Below, piece by piece: positions 58,563 through 64,000 of a DNA stretch of 64,000 nt. The position numbers and the translations under genes are program-made. This DNA is from Bacilli bacterium (GTDB taxonomy: Bacteria; Bacillota_I; Bacilli_A; RFN20; CAG-826): contig JBJEDU010000030.1 in the NCBI GenBank assembly GCA_051872395.1, positions 1,372-65,371 on the forward strand. Direction: 5' to 3'. Every line of letters begins with the position of its first letter. Within the stretch, counting starts at the first letter, position 1. The notes beneath the pieces are model-generated. The model worked only from the letters and a program-made list of their open reading frames with translations, did no database searches and was not told the DNA's origin.

Positions 58563-59486
58563 TTATTTATAAGATATTTGAACGATAATATCTTGGTTAT
58601 GGTCACCAAATCCTCTTCCGTAAATATTCATTCCACCAATATATCTCGCATCAGCTTTGTTTCCTAATTTTAAAGATATATTCTCAAGTTTATTGATTTC
58701 TAAATCGTTGATTTTTATTTCTTCATTAACGAGTTCGTTATTAATCCAAACACCGACTTCATCCACTCTAATTTTAACTAATAGTCCATATTGTGATGAT
58801 TGAATTGGATACCAATCAGGATTTAATAATCCTCTTCGATCGCCATAATCACCCATGCTTCGATAAGTGCATATTTCTTTTTGATTTATCCAAAAGGTAA
58901 TATCACTTTTCCATTCGTTATTATAGTTAGGACATTCACTACAAAGTTCTAAAGAGAAAGTTATCGATTTTATTAATTTATTTCTAAAGGCAGAAGTTGA
59001 CATTCGATATTCGAGCCAACCCTTCATGAAATAAATTAATCTTGCTTCACTTCTTCTTGGAGAATAAAAGACATCGACATTATCCATTTCTCCAATTTTG
59101 CTATTTTTTGACATCATTCCACATGGGCTTGATACATCAAAATCAAAATATGAACCAATAGGTAATTCGATAGAATATGATGATTTCTTTTCAACAGCGT
59201 CGCTTATAAAAGAAATGTATATATTTGCACAACTTTGTGAAACATTTTTTTCATTTCCTCTTTTTGATGGAGAGGAAATAATGTTTACTAGTCCAGCGTC
59301 TTTTAATATTTTTAAATGAAAAGACATCGTCGATAAAGCAACATTAGAAAGTCTCGCTAATTCGAGGACTGAATATGATTGTTTACATAGTAAACGTAAA
59401 ATCTTTCTTCTAATCGGGGAAGAAAAAGCATCACCAATTTGTTCTAATTTCTCATCATCGCGAATATTACAATATATGTCCGCCAT
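58563..59486 (-). CDS. ArsR-type HTH regulator with large C-terminal domain (COG4189-like)
   Basis: S..R..IL......SV.ELA......ST...HL..L..AGL; PIG.Y....V..PCG, SLE.CSE.P, GD.G.RRG.L.P.W, QYG. Confidence 0.85.
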   Translation of the reverse strand: MADIYCNIRDDEKLEQIGDAFSSPIRRKILRLLCKQSYSVLELARLSNVALSTMSFHLKILKDAGLVNIISSPSKRGNEKNVSQSCANIYISFISDAVEKKSSYSIELPIGSYFDFDVSSPCGMMSKNSKIGEMDNVDVFYSPRRSEARLIYFMKGWLEYRMSTSAFRNKLIKSITFSLELCSECPNYNNEWKSDITFWINQKEICTYRSMGDYGDRRGLLNPDWYPIQSSQYGLLVKIRVDEVGVWINNELVNEEIKINDLEINKLENISLKLGNKADARYIGGMNIYGRGFGDHNQDIIVQISYK

Positions 59487-59529
59487 ACAAAATTATAGTA
59501 ATACTAAAATTTAAAGATATAAAGTGAAA

Positions 59530-59545
59530 TTCGAAAATTTTCGAA
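59530..59545. promoter_or_regulatory. Perfect 16-bp palindrome TTCGAAAATTTTCGAA, candidate operator
   Basis: In the divergent intergenic region between the ArsR regulator and the lipoprotein genes. Confidence 0.6.
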
Positions 59546-59653
59546 CTAAAACGCTAAAAAACGAAAATTATAAAAAAATAATCGAATTATATTTATATAG
59601 GAAAATAAAATAAAAGTATATTAAAAGATATACTCTGGGAGGTCACAGACTCA

Positions 59654-62329
59654 ATGAAAGGTAAACTAAACAAATTTTTTGGTGTTTTGATTTTTGCTCT
59701 TTTATTAACCGCTTGTAATAGTCCTTCCACTGATGAATCACTAAGTAGTGATAGTGTTTCAGAAAATTCTGAAACAATAAGTAGTGAATCATCAAGTGAA
59801 GAAGTTCATGTTACAGGCGTTTCTTTATCAAGCAACAATCTTTCACTATTTGTTGGCCAAACATACAAACTTGAAGCCACGGTTAGTCCAGCTGATGCAG
59901 CAAATAAAGAAGTTACATATTCTTCAAATAACACCGCTGTTATTGAAGTTGACACTACTGGTTTATTAACCGCGAAAGCTAGTGGAGACGCTATTATTAC
60001 AGTGACGACTGTTGATGGTCTTAAAACTGATACATGTAATGTATTAGTTAATGAAAATGTTTATGAGTTTTATATTGCATCAAAATCCGGTTATGTGAAT
60101 AGCGATGAAGTTAAAATCAATCTCGATGAAACAAAGAAGAGTCAAACTCAATTATATGTCGCTAAAAATGGTGAGGAATTATTCGAAGAGAAAATTAATC
60201 ATACCATTACCGGCGATAGTGGTGTTATCTCTTCTATCGTTGAAAGTCCGACAGTGGACCATTTGATGGAAGTTACATTCGCTAATACGGGAAACGCTAG
60301 AGTTACATATTCATGGCCAGATCATGAAGACTTAGGTGTTTTAGTTGTTGATTACATCGTTACAGAAAATTTCTTAAATCAAGAGATTTATCGTGGTAAC
60401 AATACCGAAGATAATGGAAGAATTTCATTCTCTGGTCAAGACCAACACACTGCCTTAGTGAAGAAAGCAGATACGAACTATGTTTTAGAAGCAACATTCC
60501 ATATTTATGCTTACCAAGGTTATGAATCTGTCGGTGTTGGTGGATTTAAAGATAATGGAGACCATTCATTATGGTTTGCCTTTAGAAATAGCGACAATGT
60601 CGCGGATGGAGTTGGTAGTGTTTACCTTCTCGATTTCTTAAACGGATGGGATTCACGTAGTGAACCAACGGTTACAAGTTTATATAGCGGTGTGAAATTT
60701 GATTTTTCAGATGAAATGATTACCATTCCATTTAAATTAGTCAGAAATCAACAAAATTATTATTTCTCCATCGGGGGATATCACGATAAATATGTTTCAA
60801 CCACTAACGATCCAAATTATCCTGGTTTCTTCTCTCAACAAAAAGCTTGTTATATTACTGACTATTCTGTCAGTTATGATACTGAATTAATTAATGAAAT
60901 GATATTGACAGAATGGGGCACTGAAGCAACGATTGATGCAGGTAGATTTACTAATCCAAATCAAGAAGAAATTGTCTACACTGAATCTCGTTCATTCACT
61001 TACCAAACTGCACCTAGTTATGCGACTGGCAGTGTCCATATTGAAGTCGATGAAAGTTATAAAGATTATGTTTCTATTAGCAATGAAACAATAACCATTT
61101 TAACTAACGCTCCAGTTGGTACAATGTATGTCTATTTAAAAAATGAAACAGGCAAGACTCTTGATTCATTTACCTTAGATGTTGTCAGCGAATCTAGTTC
61201 AAAAGAAAATGAATTAGTCAACTGCAAAGGTGGAGTTATTTTACACGCTGATGGAAGCTTTACTTTCCCAGTTAGCAAAATGTCAGTCAATGGTGTTGGC
61301 AATGAAGAAGCATATGATTCCACAAAAGCATATGGTGTTGATTTAAAACAGACTGTTTTAGCAGGTTCCTTCGTTATGGAATTTGATGTTTCAAATTACA
61401 CCATGAATGTTCAATATCCAAAATTAATGATTTCTTTAGGTGGTGCACATAATCAATTCTATATTGCGTATAACTATAATTACGGCACTGAAGATAGAAT
61501 TGAAACATTTACTCAATCAAAAGAAAGTAATGACCTTAATAATGGGGGAACTTGGAACAATTCATCCAATTTTACATCATTTGATGACACTCAAACTCAT
61601 CACTTCAAATTAGAGTCTAAAGATGGAAGATATTATTGGTATGTTGATAATTCTTCAACCCCATTAGCCTTCTTTATGGATGGAGTTAGTCGTGAACCAA
61701 TCGTTCCACTTAAATCTTATTATAGTTATCTTCCAGTTCGAATTGCGACGAATGGTGTTTCGGCCACTATCTCGAATTTAACTGTCACTAATGGTGATAT
61801 TGATGACTTGAAAGATATTTATTCATATAACAATAACACTGTCGCAGATGGCGATACTGTTACTACAACATTTATTCAAGAGGGTTGGGATGTTAAATAT
61901 CACTTGGCCAGTTCTTTATTTGCTTCCAAATTATTCATGGTTGATACAAAAGATTACACTCTTAATTTTACTGTCGAATTCTCTTCGAGAATGTATGATG
62001 GAAAATTAGCGATTGTTATTGGCGATCATGCTTTCCAATTATGTAATTCTTCAGGATATAGTGACAAGGTTGAACACAATTATGAATCAACTTGGGGTCC
62101 AAGTATTACTGGAGTTAATTTCTCAAGCACAAACCTAGTTTATGAAATTACTATTATTGCCACTTCATCGGGTTCTGTGACTTTAAAAACTTTAAAATCT
62201 GATTCCACGATGGGAGAGATGACCGTCACTGGAATCGATACTTCCTTTATCTATTTTTACACCTTTAATGAAAATGCTTCTGACGTTGGAAAAACTGCAG
62301 TAATTAAAGATGTTCAAATAACTAAATAA
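59654..62329 (+). CDS. Surface lipoprotein with Ser-rich linker, Ig-like (Big_2) domain and ConA-like beta-sandwich domains
   Basis: Lipobox LTAC; V.GV.L....L.VG....L.A.V.P.DA.NK.V.Y.S.N..V..V...G...A...G.A.ITV.T.DG. Confidence 0.8.
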   Translation: MKGKLNKFFGVLIFALLLTACNSPSTDESLSSDSVSENSETISSESSSEEVHVTGVSLSSNNLSLFVGQTYKLEATVSPADAANKEVTYSSNNTAVIEVDTTGLLTAKASGDAIITVTTVDGLKTDTCNVLVNENVYEFYIASKSGYVNSDEVKINLDETKKSQTQLYVAKNGEELFEEKINHTITGDSGVISSIVESPTVDHLMEVTFANTGNARVTYSWPDHEDLGVLVVDYIVTENFLNQEIYRGNNTEDNGRISFSGQDQHTALVKKADTNYVLEATFHIYAYQGYESVGVGGFKDNGDHSLWFAFRNSDNVADGVGSVYLLDFLNGWDSRSEPTVTSLYSGVKFDFSDEMITIPFKLVRNQQNYYFSIGGYHDKYVSTTNDPNYPGFFSQQKACYITDYSVSYDTELINEMILTEWGTEATIDAGRFTNPNQEEIVYTESRSFTYQTAPSYATGSVHIEVDESYKDYVSISNETITILTNAPVGTMYVYLKNETGKTLDSFTLDVVSESSSKENELVNCKGGVILHADGSFTFPVSKMSVNGVGNEEAYDSTKAYGVDLKQTVLAGSFVMEFDVSNYTMNVQYPKLMISLGGAHNQFYIAYNYNYGTEDRIETFTQSKESNDLNNGGTWNNSSNFTSFDDTQTHHFKLESKDGRYYWYVDNSSTPLAFFMDGVSREPIVPLKSYYSYLPVRIATNGVSATISNLTVTNGDIDDLKDIYSYNNNTVADGDTVTTTFIQEGWDVKYHLASSLFASKLFMVDTKDYTLNFTVEFSSRMYDGKLAIVIGDHAFQLCNSSGYSDKVEHNYESTWGPSITGVNFSSTNLVYEITIIATSSGSVTLKTLKSDSTMGEMTVTGIDTSFIYFYTFNENASDVGKTAVIKDVQITK

Positions 62330-62364
62330 TCTTATTAATAATTTTTTATGAAAGGAGTAAGAAA

Positions 62365-64000
62365 ATGAAAAATAAGAAATTATTTATGATTTCTTCATTA
62401 GTTTTACTTAGTGGTGTGACTCTTGTCGGTGCTTATTCATTACTTTCCAAAGAGTCATTAAACTTTAAATCCCAAGCGGAAACATATCGTTTCACTATGG
62501 ATTCCACTAATAAAGTCGAAGAAGATAAAGAAATAACTTTAGCAAGTTCTACTGGTTCAGGATTATTGCAATTATCTTATAGTAATGTAGCTGGTACGAC
62601 AACTGGTCACGTTTCATTAAACGCTGGTGGAAGCGTTAAAAACACTTCAGCGTTTAAAGGTATTCAATCTATCTCTTATGTAGTAGAAGGCGATGCTAAA
62701 ATTAATTACGGCAAATCATCAACAAGACTTATTTTCGAAAAAGAAATGAGTGGAACAAACACTATCGCGTTATCTGATACTTATTCTTATTTCGAAATTA
62801 CAGCCAATAGTGAGACTACTATCGTCTCGTTATCTATCGAATATCCTTGTAACGATGTGACTTTAGATGTTAAAGCTCCAACAATTTCTTTCTCGAGCGA
62901 TTTACCTGAAGTTATCGAAGTTCTTGCTGATAGTGAATATACTTTACCAACAGTGACTTCAACCACTTGTGATGGAAAAGTAATTGATACTGAAATTATT
63001 TATGATACAGAAAAATTATCATTGACAGGTACCACTTTAGTGGGATCAGAATTAGGCTCATACACTATAACTTATCGTGCCACTGACCCAATTGATTCAT
63101 CATTAGTTACTACTAAAACCACGACTGTGTATGTTTATAGTGACACTAATAGTGATACTGGTGTTCAATCTGGTGGAGTATTAAGAATTGGTGAAAATTC
63201 TTATCGTTTCCCAGAATCTAAAATGAGCACTAACGGTGTTGGTAATGAATATGGTTATGATTCATCAGTGTCTTATGGATTAACATTAAATCAAAAAGTA
63301 TTATGTGGTGATTTCTCCATCGAATTTGATGTTGATTCATACAAGACAAATGTTTATTATCCAAAATTAATGATTTCATTAGGAAAAGAACATTCTAATT
63401 TCTACATTGCCTCTAATTTCCACGAGACCTCTTCTACAAGAGTGGAATCATATACTCAATCATTAGAGGGAAATGTTATTGATGGTAATGGTTCATGTGA
63501 TTGGAACAATTCTCAAGCTGTCGATATTAACGCAATGGAATCTCATCATTATAAATTTGAGTCAAAAGATGGATATTACAATTTCTATTTAGATGGAACA
63601 AAATTGAGCTTCACCCGTGATGGTGATGGTTCAACTACTAGAACAATAATTCCACCTATGTTCTCTTTCTATTACAACTTACCAGTTAGAATTTCCACTA
63701 ACGGAGTATCTTGTAATGTTAGAAATATTACTGTCACTACCGCAACAAGCGAAAACGCTCCTGCAATTTATTCTCACAATAGTGATTCATATATTAATGG
63801 AGATGGTAATCCAGAGATTAAGCTTGGTTATAATTCTTGGAGTACAAGATGGCAATATACCATTAATGCATTTGCAGTTAAAGAATTTATCGATTTATCA
63901 GGCAATTACACAGTCAAATTAAAAGCGACATATTCTAGTATGACAACTGATTCAAAATTCTGTATTACATTTGGTTCAGTGAGTATTCACTTCTGTGCTA
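62365..64000 (+). CDS. Secreted/surface protein, runs off the window end; paralogous to the 59654 protein and sharing an N-domain with the 26801 protein
   Basis: Not in the ORF track. AAGGAG RBS, ATG 62365, signal peptide MKNKKLFMISSLVLLSG...; by manual translation the frame stays open to 64000. Confidence 0.85.
   Translation, partial: MKNKKLFMISSLVLLSGVTLVGAYSLLSKESLNFKSQAETYRFTMDSTNKVEEDKEITLASSTGSGLLQLSYSNVAGTTTGHVSLNAGGSVKNTSAFKGIQSISYVVEGDAKINYGKSSTRLIFEKEMSGTNTIALSDTYSYFEITANSETTIVSLSIEYPCNDVTLDVKAPTISFSSDLPEVIEVLADSEYTLPTVTSTTCDGKVIDTEIIYDTEKLSLTGTTLVGSELGSYTITYRATDPIDSSLVTTKTTTVYVYSDTNSDTGVQSGGVLRIGENSYRFPESKMSTNGVGNEYGYDSSVSYGLTLNQKVLCGDFSIEFDVDSYKTNVYYPKLMISLGKEHSNFYIASNFHETSSTRVESYTQSLEGNVIDGNGSCDWNNSQAVDINAMESHHYKFESKDGYYNFYLDGTKLSFTRDGDGSTTRTIIPPMFSFYYNLPVRISTNGVSCNVRNITVTTATSENAPAIYSHNSDSYINGDGNPEIKLGYNSWSTRWQYTINAFAVKEFIDLSGNYTVKLKATYSSMTTDSKFCITFGSVSIHFCA

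Noticed and set aside
659-63922. The many 60-113 aa alternative-frame and antisense ORFs in the track (for example 692-934, 12179-12469, 22740-23081, 27622-27939, 63716-63922)
   Set aside because: They overlap well-supported genes, show no recognisable motifs and look like shadow ORFs; 63716-63922 lies inside the 62365 CDS.
1-64000. CRISPR array, rRNA, intact transposase or integrase, prophage genes
   Set aside because: No regularly spaced repeat-spacer array and no such motifs were seen.
1-64000. Genome-wide UGA=Trp recoding as in Mycoplasma
   Set aside because: Long genes are intact under code 11 and use TGG for Trp, and TGA terminates ssb and the first ORF at the expected positions.

Overview
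Very AT-rich bacterial chromosome segment read with the standard genetic code (TGA ends ssb and the first ORF). It looks like an uncultured, Mollicutes-like gut Bacilli lineage; this is inferred from gene content only. 1-19 kb holds housekeeping genes (probable mfd 3' end, S4-domain gene, tilS, ftsH, dusB, lysS, rpsF-ssb-rpsR). About 11 kb of accessory DNA splits the usual tilS-ftsH adjacency: a choloylglycine hydrolase, mntP, a nitroreductase, tRNA-Ala(GGC), a decayed mosaic island (DUF1016 pseudogene, two AAA ATPases, Fic, and recombinase, HsdS and HATPase remnants with repeats), and two cation:proton antiporters, one under a fluoride riboswitch. 20-64 kb is a large Gram-positive-type glycan utilisation region: MsmX, two GH43, GH93-like, GH2, GH16, a sugar ABC transporter, large surface proteins, and LacI and ArsR regulators. 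The best candidate for an undescribed system is its catabolic block at 38.6-51 kb. There a YahE/YahF(FdrA)/YahG (AllFGH-like) triad is paired with a strongly divergent acetate-kinase-family enzyme instead of a carbamate kinase. It sits with an MBL hydrolase, an SDR, an IlvD-family dehydratase and an SdhA/NadB-family flavoprotein (the last two with altered catalytic motifs), plus a mutarotase, Eda and KdgK. Also notable are a G11 tract inside a -35/-10 promoter spacer upstream of the LacI gene and a recurrent AAATTTTAGTAAAA motif before the sugar genes. All family calls are by-eye motif recognition; no searches were run.
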